In this document: positions 17,767 to 27,695 of the stretch, one piece after another
How positions within the stretch are numbered: the stretch's first letter is position 1
Layout of the letters: each line of letters starts with the position of its first letter
Source: Verrucomicrobiaceae bacterium
Lineage (GTDB): Bacteria > Verrucomicrobiota > Verrucomicrobiia > Chthoniobacterales > JAATET01
Length of the DNA stretch: 64,000 nt
Direction: 5' to 3'
Assembly (NCBI GenBank): GCA_027488755.1
Contig: JAIYAZ010000003.1
Coordinates: 702 to 64,701, forward strand
Position numbers and translations under genes: made by a program
Notes under the pieces: model-generated
The model's database searches: none
The model's input: only the letters and a program-made list of their open reading frames with translations
What the model was told of the DNA's origin: nothing

Positions 17767-19776
17767 ATGTCCCACCCGCTCCTCACCCACCAGCGCCAGG
17801 TCCACCTCGACTTCCACACCTCGCCGCATATTCCCGGTGTCGGGGCCGACTTTGATGCCCGGGACTTTGCCGCCACGTTGAAGAAGGCGCACGTCAATAG
17901 CGTCACCATCTTCGCCAAGTGCCACCACGGCTACACCTACTACCCCACGCAGGTTGGCACACCGCATCCCACCATGGCCCCCGGTCGCGATCTCCTCGGC
18001 GAGCAGATCGAGGCCCTTCACCGCGAAGGCATCCGGTGCCCGATCTACCTCACCGTCGGGTGGGACGCGCTCCTCACCCAAAACCACCCCGAATGGCGCG
18101 CCATGTTCAAGGACGGCCACTTCGGCGACTGGAAAGGCCACCCCGGCATGTGGGCTTTCGTCAACTGGCTTCACCCCGACTACCAGCAGCACCTCGAAGA
18201 CCTCACCCGCGAGACGCTCTCCCGCTACGGCGCGGAGGTGGACGGCTATTTCTACGACATCTGCTTTTTCCCCAAGGGCGCCTGCTGGTCGCCCGAGACG
18301 CGCAAATTCCGCGACCAACACAATCTCAACGACGACTCCCTCGCCGGCCACGAACGCTTCATGGCCAAAGCCCACGAGACCTTCTCCAAACGCTACTGGG
18401 ACGTCATCCGCGCCGTCCGCCCCGACGCCACCGTGTTCTTCAACGCCGGCACCGACACCTTCCTCGAACCCGGCCTCGGCGGCCGCGCCCGCTTCGACAA
18501 CATGTCCCACATGGAGATCGAGTCCCTCCCCTCCGGCTTCTGGGGCTACTACCACTTCCCCCGCCTCGCCCGCTCCACCGCCTACTGGGGAAAACCCTGG
18601 CTCGGCATGACCGGCCGCTTCCAAACCCTCTGGGGCGACTTCGGCGGCCTCAAACCCCAGCCCGCCCTCGAATTCGAATGCTTCCGCCCCCAGGCCCTCG
18701 GCGGCGCCAACTCCATCGGCGACCAGCTCCCGCCGCGCGGCACACTCGACCCTGCCGCCTACGATCTCATCGGCGCCGTCTATAAACAGGTCGCCGACGC
18801 CGAACCCTTCTACGCCGGCTCCTCCGCCCTCCTCCAGGTCGGGATCGCCACCTCCGGCACCCCCGGCCTCGACGGCGACGAAACCGCCAAGTCCGACGAA
18901 GGCGCCATCCAGATGTGCGAAGAAGCCCACTACGAGTGTCAGCTCCTTGACGCCGACAACTCCCTCGACGGCCTCGACCTCGTCATCCTCGGCGACAGCA
19001 CCACCCTCACCCCCGCTTTCGTCGCAAAACTCCGCGCCTTTTACCAAAACGGCGGCAAACTCCTCGTCTCCTACCGGGGCGGATGCGACGCCTCGGGCCA
19101 ATGGGCGCTCGATTTTCTGCCCCTCCAGCCCCTCGGCGAGGTGGAGGAATTCCCCGCTTACTGGCGCACCTCCGCCGCCTTCTCCCCCGAGCTGGCCCGC
19201 ACCGACCGCGTCTTCTATCAGCCCGGCCTCGTGGTCCAGGCTGGCCCCGGCACCGATATCCTCGCCGAGCGCGTCCTCCCCTACTTCAAACGCGACGCCG
19301 TCCGCTACTGCTCGCACCTCCAGACCCCCCCCCGCCCCGAGTCCAGCGGCCAGCCCGTCATCATCGCCGGCGAACGCTTCGTGTATTTCGCCGACCCGAT
19401 TTTTAAGGAATACCGCAAGGCCGGCAACATCGCCGCCCGCGACGCCTGGCGCCTCGCCATGCAACGCCTCATCGGCCCCGCCCCCTTCGGCCACGGCCTC
19501 GGCTCCACCATTCAGGTGTATCCCCGCCGCCGCGGCACCGACCTCATCCTCACCCTCCTCCATTACATCCCCGTCCGCAAAGCCCTCGACATCGACATGA
19601 TCGAGGAACGCAGCTCCTACGCCGGGGAAACGCTTCGTCTCCCGCCCGCCGCAACCACGGTCCGCGTCTTCGCCACCGGAGAAAGCCTCGCCCGTTCGGC
19701 CGACGGAGGTTTCGAGCTTCCCGCCCACATCCGCGGCCGCCTGCTCCTCGAAGTTCCCGGTTTCTTCAAAAAATAA
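17767..19776 (+). CDS. GHL6-like putative glycoside hydrolase with a beta-galactosidase-trimerisation-like C-terminal part
   Basis: 669 aa. N-terminus QVHLDFHTSPHIPGVGADFDARDFAATLKKAHVNSVTIFAKCHHGYTYYPT is characteristic of the hypothetical glycosyl hydrolase 6 family. No signal peptide. Confidence 0.65.
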   Translation: MSHPLLTHQRQVHLDFHTSPHIPGVGADFDARDFAATLKKAHVNSVTIFAKCHHGYTYYPTQVGTPHPTMAPGRDLLGEQIEALHREGIRCPIYLTVGWDALLTQNHPEWRAMFKDGHFGDWKGHPGMWAFVNWLHPDYQQHLEDLTRETLSRYGAEVDGYFYDICFFPKGACWSPETRKFRDQHNLNDDSLAGHERFMAKAHETFSKRYWDVIRAVRPDATVFFNAGTDTFLEPGLGGRARFDNMSHMEIESLPSGFWGYYHFPRLARSTAYWGKPWLGMTGRFQTLWGDFGGLKPQPALEFECFRPQALGGANSIGDQLPPRGTLDPAAYDLIGAVYKQVADAEPFYAGSSALLQVGIATSGTPGLDGDETAKSDEGAIQMCEEAHYECQLLDADNSLDGLDLVILGDSTTLTPAFVAKLRAFYQNGGKLLVSYRGGCDASGQWALDFLPLQPLGEVEEFPAYWRTSAAFSPELARTDRVFYQPGLVVQAGPGTDILAERVLPYFKRDAVRYCSHLQTPPRPESSGQPVIIAGERFVYFADPIFKEYRKAGNIAARDAWRLAMQRLIGPAPFGHGLGSTIQVYPRRRGTDLILTLLHYIPVRKALDIDMIEERSSYAGETLRLPPAATTVRVFATGESLARSADGGFELPAHIRGRLLLEVPGFFKK

Positions 19777-19791
19777 CCCCGCCCCCCAACC

Positions 19792-21447
19792 ATGTTCACC
19801 CTCGGCATTGATTACGGCACCAACTCCGTCCGCGCCCTCGTCGTCCGCACCGCGGACGGCGCCGAACTCGGCACCGGCATCGTCAACTACCCCAGCGGCA
19901 CCCAGGGCGTGCTCCTTGACCCCAAGGACCACCACCTCGCCCGCCAAAACCCCGCCGACCACCTCTTCGGTCTCGAAAAATCCATCAAACTCGCCCTCGC
20001 CCAGGCCAAAAAAACCAAGGGCTTCGACGCCCGCAAGGTCGTCGGCCTCGGCGTGGACACCACCGGCTCCAGCCCCATCCCGGTTGACGCCGCCAACACC
20101 CCGCTCGCCCTGCACAAAAAGTGGTCCGGCAACCTCGCCGCCCACTGCTGGCTCTGGAAGGATCACACATCGGTGAAGGAAGCCGCCGAGATCACCGCCC
20201 TCGCCGCCAGGATCCGCCCCCACTACATCGCCAAGTGCGGCAACACCTACTCTTCCGAGTGGTTCTGGTCAAAAATCCTCCACTGCCGCCGCACGGCCCC
20301 CGCCGTGTTCAAAGCCGCCCACTCCTGGGTCGAGCTTGCCGACTGGATCCCCTCCGTCCTCGCCGGCATCACCGACCCCACCGCCGTGAAACGCGGCGTC
20401 TGCTGCGCCGGCCACAAGGCCCTTTACGCCGCCGACTGGGGCGGCCTGCCCGACAAGGAGTTCCTCGCCCAACTGGACCCCGCCCTCGCCGACCTCCGCG
20501 ACCGCCTGTATTCCGAAGCCCACGACGCCACCGCCTCCGCCGGAAACCTCTGCCCCGTTTGGGCCAAAAAACTTGGCCTGCCCGCCGGCATCCCCATCGC
20601 CATCGGTGAAATGGATGTCCACTACGGTGCCATCGGCTCCGGCGTCTGCGAGGGCACCTTGGTCAAAGTCATCGGCACCTCCACCTGCGACTGCGGCGTG
20701 GTTTCAGCCGAAAAAACCGTCGCCGACATCCCCGGCATCTGCGGCATCGTCAAAGGCTCCATCCTCCCCGGCTACTACGGCCTCGAAGCCGGCCAATCCG
20801 CCGTCGGCGACATCTTCAAGTGGTTCGTCGAAGGCGTCCTCGGCGACCCGAAACTCCACGCCACCCTCACCGCCGAAGCCGCCAAACTCAAACCCGGCCA
20901 ATCCGGCCTCCTAGCCCTCGATTGGAACAACGGCAATCGCACCATCCTCGTCGATCCGCTTCTCACCGGCCTTCTCCTCGGCCAGACCCTCTACACCACC
21001 CGCGCCGAAATCTACCGCGCCCTCCTCGAGGCCACCGCCTTTGGCGCCCGCGCCATCATCGAGCGCTTTCGCGAATACGGCGTGCCCATCGACCGGGTCG
21101 TCTGCGCCGGCGGCATCGCCGAAAAAAACCCCCTCCTGATGCAAATCTACGCCGACGTCACCGGCTGCACCATGCTGGTCGCCGGCTCCTCCCAGGCCTG
21201 CGCCCTCGGCTCCGCGGTCTCCGCCGCCGTGCTTGCCGGTGCCCACCCCGACTTCGCCACCGCCCAGAAAAAAATGTCCCGGCTCAAACCCGGCGTCGCC
21301 TACAAACCCGAGGCCGCCCACCAAAAGGTTTACCACCAGCTTTACGGCCTCTACCGTCAGCTTCACGACGCCTTTGGCGGCGTCAACTCCTCCGCCGACC
21401 TCTCCGGCGTGATGAAATCCCTTCTCGCACTCAAGATGCCGGCCTGA
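19792..21447 (+). CDS. araB: L-ribulokinase (FGGY family)
   Basis: 551 aa. MFTLGIDYGTNSVRALVV...GVDTTGSSPIPVDA...LWKDHTSVKEAAEIT...YSSEWFWSKILHC is colinear with E. coli AraB (GLDFGSDSVRALAV...GVDSTGSTPAPID...LWKDHTAVEEAEEIT...YSSEWFWAKILHV). Confidence 0.9.
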   Translation: MFTLGIDYGTNSVRALVVRTADGAELGTGIVNYPSGTQGVLLDPKDHHLARQNPADHLFGLEKSIKLALAQAKKTKGFDARKVVGLGVDTTGSSPIPVDAANTPLALHKKWSGNLAAHCWLWKDHTSVKEAAEITALAARIRPHYIAKCGNTYSSEWFWSKILHCRRTAPAVFKAAHSWVELADWIPSVLAGITDPTAVKRGVCCAGHKALYAADWGGLPDKEFLAQLDPALADLRDRLYSEAHDATASAGNLCPVWAKKLGLPAGIPIAIGEMDVHYGAIGSGVCEGTLVKVIGTSTCDCGVVSAEKTVADIPGICGIVKGSILPGYYGLEAGQSAVGDIFKWFVEGVLGDPKLHATLTAEAAKLKPGQSGLLALDWNNGNRTILVDPLLTGLLLGQTLYTTRAEIYRALLEATAFGARAIIERFREYGVPIDRVVCAGGIAEKNPLLMQIYADVTGCTMLVAGSSQACALGSAVSAAVLAGAHPDFATAQKKMSRLKPGVAYKPEAAHQKVYHQLYGLYRQLHDAFGGVNSSADLSGVMKSLLALKMPA

Positions 21448-21483
21448 CGCCCCCGCGCCCGGCCCAGGCTTCGCCCCCGGCGA

Positions 21484-21497
21484 GTAAACGGGTTTAC
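21484..21497. promoter_or_regulatory. LacI/GalR-type operator candidate
   Basis: gtaaacgggtttac, with perfect 6-bp arms, 96 nt upstream of the pseudopilin operon. Confidence 0.55.
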
Positions 21498-21592
21498 CAA
21501 TATCCTCCTTTTCAAACCGGGTCGCCGGCTTGATCGGTATTCAGTGCCGGCTTTCCTGAATTGACCCGCCGAATCTGAGCCCCCCGCCCCCC

Positions 21593-22330
21593 ATGCCCCA
21601 GAACGTCGCTTCATCGACCCGGCTGCGCCTTTCGGACCGAAACGCCCCCCCGAGACGACCCCTCCGGCCCCTCCCGCTGCAAAAAGCCTTTTCCTTGGTG
21701 GAAATCCTCGTGGTCATGGCGATTATCGGAATCATCGTCTCGTTCGGCCTGCCTGCCCTTTCGAGCATCGGGGCATCCAAAGGCGTCACCCAAGCCGCCT
21801 ACGATGTCAGCGCCTTGCTCGAATTCGCGAGGGCCGAGGCTGTCGCCCGCCAAACCTACGTCTGGGTCGGCATCCAACCGGAGCAACGCGGCCCAACCAC
21901 GGTGCTCCGCATGGGGGCGGTCTACTCCAAAGACGGCACTCCCTCCGTCGCCGCCAATTACCAGCCACTGACCCGACCACTTCTGGTTCAAGGCGTCACG
22001 ATCACCGATTTCAGCGCCCTCAAGCCCAGCACCCAGGCCGCCCTCAGCCCGACCGGAACCACGGTCAGCACCGAGGCCGTCGGCCACACCGACGCCGCCT
22101 TCAAGATCGGCTCCGTGGACTTTGGCTCGTCCCAAGGAACCACGATCACCTTCACCCCGCGCGGCGAAGCGATGCTCAAGGGCAATCCCACCACCGCGGA
22201 CGGTTTCGACCCCTTGATCGGGATGGGACTCCGTCAAGTGCGCGGCACGGCCATTCCCGCCGATGCCGACGACGCCGGTGTCGTCCTCGATGGCAGTGTC
22301 GGCCTCCCTCGCATCGTCCGCCAAAATTAG
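21593..22330 (+). CDS. Prepilin-type N-terminal methylation-domain protein, GspH/FimT-like minor pseudopilin
   Basis: 245 aa. A long leader is followed by QKA/FSLVEILVVMAIIGIIVSFGLPAL, with Glu at +5 and a hydrophobic helix. First gene of a tightly packed 5-gene operon. Confidence 0.75.
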   Translation: MPQNVASSTRLRLSDRNAPPRRPLRPLPLQKAFSLVEILVVMAIIGIIVSFGLPALSSIGASKGVTQAAYDVSALLEFARAEAVARQTYVWVGIQPEQRGPTTVLRMGAVYSKDGTPSVAANYQPLTRPLLVQGVTITDFSALKPSTQAALSPTGTTVSTEAVGHTDAAFKIGSVDFGSSQGTTITFTPRGEAMLKGNPTTADGFDPLIGMGLRQVRGTAIPADADDAGVVLDGSVGLPRIVRQN

Positions 22331-22354
22331 CCCATTCGCATCCCGCCTTCCTTC

Positions 22355-22912
22355 ATGCCTCGCCCTTCCCACCCGTGCTTCCGCCGCCCCGTGCATGCGG
22401 CCACTCGCGCCTTCTCGCTCATTGAGGTCACGATCGCCATCGGCATCACCGCATTCTGCCTCATCCCCATTATCGGCATGCTGCCCGTCGGGCTTCGCTC
22501 GCTCAAAGAAAGCAACGAGCAGGCCGCCGCCGCCGTCGCCGTTAACCAAATCGCCACGGCCATCCGCAAGGCGGCCTCGGCCAATGGCACCGACTTCATC
22601 GCCTACTTCGGCGGCGACGCCACCAGCGGCAAGGAAATCGCCTACCAGATCACGGGAACCACCTCGCCAACCACCCTAAACCTGGGAGCCCTCACGATCC
22701 AAGGCACCCCGGCCACCACTCCTCTTCAGGAACGCTTCAGCACCCACGTGACCATCAACCCTCCCACGGGAGGCGGCTCGCTGGGCACGGCCGTGATCAG
22801 CGTGGCCTGGCCCGCTGCGGCCAACCCGACATGGATCGACTCCTCCAACAAATGGGACAGCAAAGCGGAGGGCAGCCTCACCACCACCCTTCGATTTCTC
22901 CCGCGTTCATGA
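22355..22912 (+). CDS. Prepilin-type N-terminal methylation-domain protein, GspI/PilV-like minor pseudopilin
   Basis: 185 aa. TRA/FSLIEVTIAIGITAFCLIPIIGMLPVGL. Starts 24 nt after the previous gene. Confidence 0.7.
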   Translation: MPRPSHPCFRRPVHAATRAFSLIEVTIAIGITAFCLIPIIGMLPVGLRSLKESNEQAAAAVAVNQIATAIRKAASANGTDFIAYFGGDATSGKEIAYQITGTTSPTTLNLGALTIQGTPATTPLQERFSTHVTINPPTGGGSLGTAVISVAWPAAANPTWIDSSNKWDSKAEGSLTTTLRFLPRS

Positions 22913-23802
22913 CTCGAATCTCCCGCCCGGACTCCCGATGCGCGGCGTTCTCCCTCATTGAGATTCTCGTCGCCGTCAGCGTCCTCGCCCTCCTGCTGAC
23001 GTTGCTTCTCCAGGTCGTAAACGGCACCATGCTCTCTTCCAAGGTGGCCAATCAGCAAATGGACGCCACCGCCGGCACACGCCGCGCTTTGGACGTTATG
23101 GTGGGGGACCTCCAAAACAGCATTGTCGGAACCACTTCCACGATCCTCGGTGGCACCACCGGCAAGCCCCAACTGGCCATGATCACCCAAGGCCGCGGCC
23201 CGTCCGGGGGAGCTTCCCCCCGGTTCCTCGCCGTTCAATACCTTCTTGCCAGCACCGGCACTTCGACCCCCGACACCCTTCAACGCAGCTACGCCGCCGT
23301 CAATTGGACCACGAGCGACCTGCTCGCCGCCGCCGCCGCCACCGCCACCACCCCCACCACCCTCGCCTCCGGCGTGCTCGGGTTTTCGGTTCAGGCCATT
23401 CTCGAAAACGGCGACCGTCACGACGTCAACACCACCCCGCCCCCTTCCCAGGCATGGGCGATTTCGGCCGGAAATCCCTTCCCCGCCACCAGCGCCAATG
23501 CCATCCAGGTCCCCCCATCCTTCCTTGCCTTGGTTCCCGCCACTCCGCCCACCCCTTACCCCCTGAATGCGAACACGGCTCGCGTCACGGCCCTTGAGAT
23601 CACGCTTGTCGCCGTCGATGAACAGAATTACCGCCTGCTGGAAAAATCCGGAAAGCTCGATGCGGTCCGCAGCGGGTTCGCCGCTCCCGGCAACGACTTG
23701 CCCGCGGCCCGCTGGAGCCAGCTCATCGACTCCTCCTCCCAAATCCCCCCGCCCGTCAAGACCTCGATGAAAGTTCTCTCCAAAACCGTCCCGCTTCCAT
23801 GA
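22909..23802 (+). CDS. Prepilin-type N-terminal methylation-domain protein, GspJ/PilW-like minor pseudopilin
   Basis: Internal Met of ORF 22831..23802: MTRISRPDSRCAA/FSLIEILVAVSVLALLLTLLLQVV. ATGA overlap with the upstream stop (22909-22912). Confidence 0.7.
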   Translation: MTRISRPDSRCAAFSLIEILVAVSVLALLLTLLLQVVNGTMLSSKVANQQMDATAGTRRALDVMVGDLQNSIVGTTSTILGGTTGKPQLAMITQGRGPSGGASPRFLAVQYLLASTGTSTPDTLQRSYAAVNWTTSDLLAAAAATATTPTTLASGVLGFSVQAILENGDRHDVNTTPPPSQAWAISAGNPFPATSANAIQVPPSFLALVPATPPTPYPLNANTARVTALEITLVAVDEQNYRLLEKSGKLDAVRSGFAAPGNDLPAARWSQLIDSSSQIPPPVKTSMKVLSKTVPLP

Positions 23803-26800
23803 GCCACCCCTTTTCTGGATCGCCCGTTCGGAATCGACGGCGGGGAATGGCCCTGGTCGTCACCCTCTGCATCATCGTCCTTGTCACGATCGCCGTCGTG
23901 GCATTCTTCTCCCGCGCCACCGCCAACCGGGGGGTCGAATCCTCCCGGGTGAATCAAATCCTCGTCGATCAACTCGCCACGACCGCCACCGACTACGTGG
24001 CCAGCCAATTCCTTGGCGAAATTGCCGACCCCGCAAATTCGACCCCCTTTACCGCCACGGGAAGTTCTCCCATCTATCAACCCAAGGAATCCCCGGCCGG
24101 GAGCGGAAAATACCCCAGCATGCTGCCCGATGGTTCCAAGCGCCCGTCCTTCGCGACCGCCGGCTCAAACTTCGAAAACCTGCTCCGCCAAAGCGTCAGC
24201 TCCAGCGACCCCAACGCCTCGGGCGTCTCCACCTCGCAGCCCGCGCGCACCGGTCGCACCATCACCCCCGCCCGCTGGGACGCCCCCAAACTCACCTCGG
24301 CCGGCTTTACGAGCGCGCAATTGCCCGCTTGGATTTACGTGCAGCGGGATGGGAATTTTACCGCCACGCCCACCGCCATGGACGATGCCAACCCCACCGT
24401 CGGCCGATTCGCCTACAATGCCTACGACCTCGGCGGGCTTCTCGACGTCAACGTCGTCGGCTATCCAACCACCCTCACCGGCAACAGCGTGCTGGAAATC
24501 AAGCCCTCCCTCGCCGGGCTTGATGTCACCAATATCTCGCCGTCCTTGGGGATCACCATCGATCAACTGGTTGCCTGGCGCAATCCCACCAGCGGCAACT
24601 ACACCGCCCTCGTGCGCAACCAGGCGAGCCAGGGATTTCTTACTCCCCTGGCTGGCGACCAGTTGGTCCCCACCCGGCAGGATCTCATCCAACTAGCCGG
24701 CGCGAACAAGGGCATCCCGGCCAGCGCCCTGCCCGGGCTCACCCATTTTTCGCGCGCCGTCAACGCTCCCTCCGCTCCTGCCGTGAGCGCCTCGAATCTG
24801 GTTAATCCCTTCCTCGCCAACCTCCGCGTGACCACCGCGTTCACCCGCCGCGACGGCACCGAGGCCCGGGTGGGCGACCTGCTGCTAAACCGGCGATTTC
24901 CCCTCCGCAAGCTCGATTTACTCACCGCGACCGCCACCGCGGCCTCCGGCTCCGACATTGAACGGTATTTCGGCCTCACCCGCTCGAACCCCGGCGATTC
25001 CTGGACCTATCGCGGCGGAGCCATTTCCATCCTGACCTTGGATCAGGTTGCCGCCGCGGGTCGCGATCCCGATTTTTTCGAACTGCTCAAGGCCGGCGTG
25101 GCCGATGGCTCCGTTGGCAAACCCGCGACGTTTAAGACTCTTGCCGCGAATGGCAACCAAGCCTTGGAGGGGGATAACGATCTCCAAATCCTCCGCATCG
25201 GGGCCAACCTCATCGACCAGTGGGACAACGACAACCTGCCCACCCGCATCGCGTCGGGCAGCGCGACGCAAATCGGCGTGGAAGATTTACCCTACCTCTA
25301 CATGGTCATGGTGGCGAATTGCTGGCAATCGACCCCGCTCCCCGCCCCGCCGAACAGCTACAACGTTCAATACGCCCTCGTGCTGGCCCCCAAGCTGTTC
25401 AACCCCCATGGCAACTCCACCGTCGCCAACAGCCCGGACGCCACGCTCAACCCGCAAAACATCCGCATCCGCATGTCGGGATTTTTCGGCCCCACGTCCT
25501 TCAGCAACTACAACTCGTCCGGCAGCGCGAGTCCGCTGAATTTGACCGCCCCCACCAATGTCGGAACCCTGCCGGCCATCGAGATTCCCCGCAGTAGCTT
25601 CGAATTTTTTCGGAGCGCCGTCCGGGTCCCCCAGGGGGCCACCGGGCAAATAAAAAGCCAGATTTCTTGGTGGAATCAAGCAGACCCCTCGTGCGGATTT
25701 GTTTTGTATCAGAGAACCTCCGACCTCCTGGGCATCACGCTCACCGGCGGGAGTCCGCAGGGCTGGTTTGCCTTTCTCAACGCATCCGGAATGATGATGG
25801 TGGCGGAATATCAATCCAGCTCGGGGCAATGGGTGGTTTACGATTCGCTGGCCGGCAACGCGGATCTGCCCGACACCACCGGCATCACCGCGACCAACAC
25901 CGAGAACTGGAGCACCGGAGTCACCAACTTCACCATCGCCAACGGCACGAAATCCCTGCCCGGCACCAGTCAACACTTCATCACGAAGTGGGATCCGCGC
26001 AGCAACCGCTGGGGCCCCTCCCACGGCTGGGGCACCGGGCCCGACGATAACCCCAGCACCAACTCTGACCCCATCGTTCGACGTACTCTGCCCTTCGATC
26101 CGCCCGAAACCAATACCACCCTGGGCATGTATCCGGAGCGAAGCGGGTCGCTCCCGTCACCCGACAAGGTTGTCCCCGGTCTCGACAACATCTCCCGCCC
26201 GAACGACGCCTGGCGTGGGAACTTGAGTCAAAAACCCAACCCCTTCCGGCGAATGTCGGACATGAATCGGCGCCCGACCATCCTACAGCGTCCGTTCCGA
26301 AGCGTGGCCGAAATGGGCTACGCCTTCCGCGACACCCCCTGGCAGACCCTCAGCTTCTTTGATCAAACCAGCGGCGACGCCACCCTCCTCGACCTCTTCT
26401 CGCTTGAGGATGAGCCCGGCCTCACCGCCGGAAAACTCAACCTCAACGTCGCGGGTCCGTCCGTGCTCACCGCCTTGTTTTCCAATGTCCCCAAGGCGGC
26501 GGACGGCACCGGTGCCACCCTCGCGAATCCCGCCGGCCTCGCCGCCAACCTGGCCGCCTTCCGCACGGCCGAGGGCGGTGCCCTCGTCAGCCGCTCCCGC
26601 CTCGCCGCCTTTCTCTCCTCGAGCAGCCTCACCCAGGAAAACGCGGAAAACGTGAAATCCCGTCGCGAGGCCATCGTGCGGGCCGTCGCGGATGTCGCGG
26701 ACACCCGCACCTGGAACCTCTTAGTGGACGTCATCGCGCAGTCGGGACGTTTCCCCGCCGACGGCGGCACCGCGGCCGGGGATTTTGTGGTCGAGGCCGA

Positions 26801-26882
26801 GCAACGCGTGTGGTCCTCCGTGGCCATCGACCGTTACCTCGGCCGCGTGGTCGCCCGGCAAACCGAACGCGTCTCGGAATAA
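23799..26882 (+). CDS. Giant GspK-like pseudopilus tip protein (1027 aa)
   Basis: N-terminus RRRGMALVVTLCIIVLVTIAVVAFFS lacks the F-x-x-x-E methylation motif, as in GspK. GspK-like motifs GRFAYNAYDLGGLLDVNV and AGKLNLNVAGPSVLTALF. ATGA overlap at 23799-23802. Confidence 0.6.
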   Translation: MSHPFSGSPVRNRRRGMALVVTLCIIVLVTIAVVAFFSRATANRGVESSRVNQILVDQLATTATDYVASQFLGEIADPANSTPFTATGSSPIYQPKESPAGSGKYPSMLPDGSKRPSFATAGSNFENLLRQSVSSSDPNASGVSTSQPARTGRTITPARWDAPKLTSAGFTSAQLPAWIYVQRDGNFTATPTAMDDANPTVGRFAYNAYDLGGLLDVNVVGYPTTLTGNSVLEIKPSLAGLDVTNISPSLGITIDQLVAWRNPTSGNYTALVRNQASQGFLTPLAGDQLVPTRQDLIQLAGANKGIPASALPGLTHFSRAVNAPSAPAVSASNLVNPFLANLRVTTAFTRRDGTEARVGDLLLNRRFPLRKLDLLTATATAASGSDIERYFGLTRSNPGDSWTYRGGAISILTLDQVAAAGRDPDFFELLKAGVADGSVGKPATFKTLAANGNQALEGDNDLQILRIGANLIDQWDNDNLPTRIASGSATQIGVEDLPYLYMVMVANCWQSTPLPAPPNSYNVQYALVLAPKLFNPHGNSTVANSPDATLNPQNIRIRMSGFFGPTSFSNYNSSGSASPLNLTAPTNVGTLPAIEIPRSSFEFFRSAVRVPQGATGQIKSQISWWNQADPSCGFVLYQRTSDLLGITLTGGSPQGWFAFLNASGMMMVAEYQSSSGQWVVYDSLAGNADLPDTTGITATNTENWSTGVTNFTIANGTKSLPGTSQHFITKWDPRSNRWGPSHGWGTGPDDNPSTNSDPIVRRTLPFDPPETNTTLGMYPERSGSLPSPDKVVPGLDNISRPNDAWRGNLSQKPNPFRRMSDMNRRPTILQRPFRSVAEMGYAFRDTPWQTLSFFDQTSGDATLLDLFSLEDEPGLTAGKLNLNVAGPSVLTALFSNVPKAADGTGATLANPAGLAANLAAFRTAEGGALVSRSRLAAFLSSSSLTQENAENVKSRREAIVRAVADVADTRTWNLLVDVIAQSGRFPADGGTAAGDFVVEAEQRVWSSVAIDRYLGRVVARQTERVSE

Positions 26883-26885
26883 CCG

Positions 26886-27665
26886 ATGCCTTTTCCCATG
26901 GCTCTCCGTCCCCTCCTCCCCGCCCTGCTACTCCTCGGCGCCCACGGCCCCCTCCCCGCGCAAACCTCGGAGCCCCCGAAGCCAACCGCCCCCCTCGTCG
27001 CCACGCCCGCCAAAAACACCACGTGGACAATCGAAGTCAGCCAGGATTCTCCCCCGGCCCCGGCGGAAAAGGTCCGCGGCGGCCCCCCGCCCGAACTCCT
27101 CAAACGCATCACCGTCCGGAAGGATGCGAAGCTCACCCACATTCTGGCCGCCTACACGAACGGAAAAACCAACGAGGGCTACCTTGTCGGGGACCACTTT
27201 TCCATCCGCTCGACCACGGCCGCCAACGAAGCCGTGGTCATGTCCGTGGCCAAAGGACTGTCCGGCAGCCTCGAAATCTTCACCTCCGACTACCCGGGCA
27301 CGCAGTGGATCGACCTCGCCTACTACCGCGGCGTCGAGAAACTCGGCCCCCACACCTGCTACGTTTTCGCCCGCGAGCCGGACCCCTTCGCCGCCCCGCC
27401 CGCCAATACCCCGCCCGATCCGCTCGCCCCCCCTCCCATCTCCTTCATCCCGATCAAATATCTGTCCCTCAAGGCCCACATCGACGTGGAAACCAAACTC
27501 CCCGTGCGCGTGCAACTCGGCCCCAACATCTACGCATACTCGAAGGTTGAACCATATTCCCAAAGCATCACCCCACCCGATGCCTTCTTGAAAGCCGCCC
27601 AGGAATTCACGCGCCAGACCGACATCCTCCAGCGGCTGCGCGCCAAAAACGCGACCAGGAATTAA
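26886..27665 (+). CDS. Secreted hypothetical protein, last gene of the pseudopilin operon
   Basis: 259 aa with signal peptide MPFPMALRPLLPALLLLGAHGPLPAQ. Starts 3 nt after the upstream stop. No motif recognised. Confidence 0.6.
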   Translation: MPFPMALRPLLPALLLLGAHGPLPAQTSEPPKPTAPLVATPAKNTTWTIEVSQDSPPAPAEKVRGGPPPELLKRITVRKDAKLTHILAAYTNGKTNEGYLVGDHFSIRSTTAANEAVVMSVAKGLSGSLEIFTSDYPGTQWIDLAYYRGVEKLGPHTCYVFAREPDPFAAPPANTPPDPLAPPPISFIPIKYLSLKAHIDVETKLPVRVQLGPNIYAYSKVEPYSQSITPPDAFLKAAQEFTRQTDILQRLRAKNATRN

Positions 27666-27666
27666 C

Positions 27667-27687
27667 CGCTTCCCCCCGGGGGAAGCG
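27667..27687. terminator. GC-rich palindromic hairpin between convergent genes
   Basis: cgcttcccccc/gggggaagcg, immediately after the stop at 27665 and before the convergent stop at 27696. No clear U-tract. Confidence 0.35.
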
Positions 27688-27695
27688 AACTGGCG

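Noticed and set aside
17704-20223. 839-aa minus-strand ORF
   Set aside because: It lies antisense to the GHL6-like gene and araB, which have clear family signatures. The translation is G/A/E/V-rich low complexity with no motif, as expected for a stop-poor antisense frame in high-GC DNA.
23321-23356. GCC/ACC trinucleotide tract (gccgccgccgccgccaccgccaccacc...) as a slippage or phase-variation site
   Set aside because: It is in frame and codes an Ala/Thr linker in the GspJ-like protein. The tract is short and imperfect, so it is probably just a low-complexity linker.
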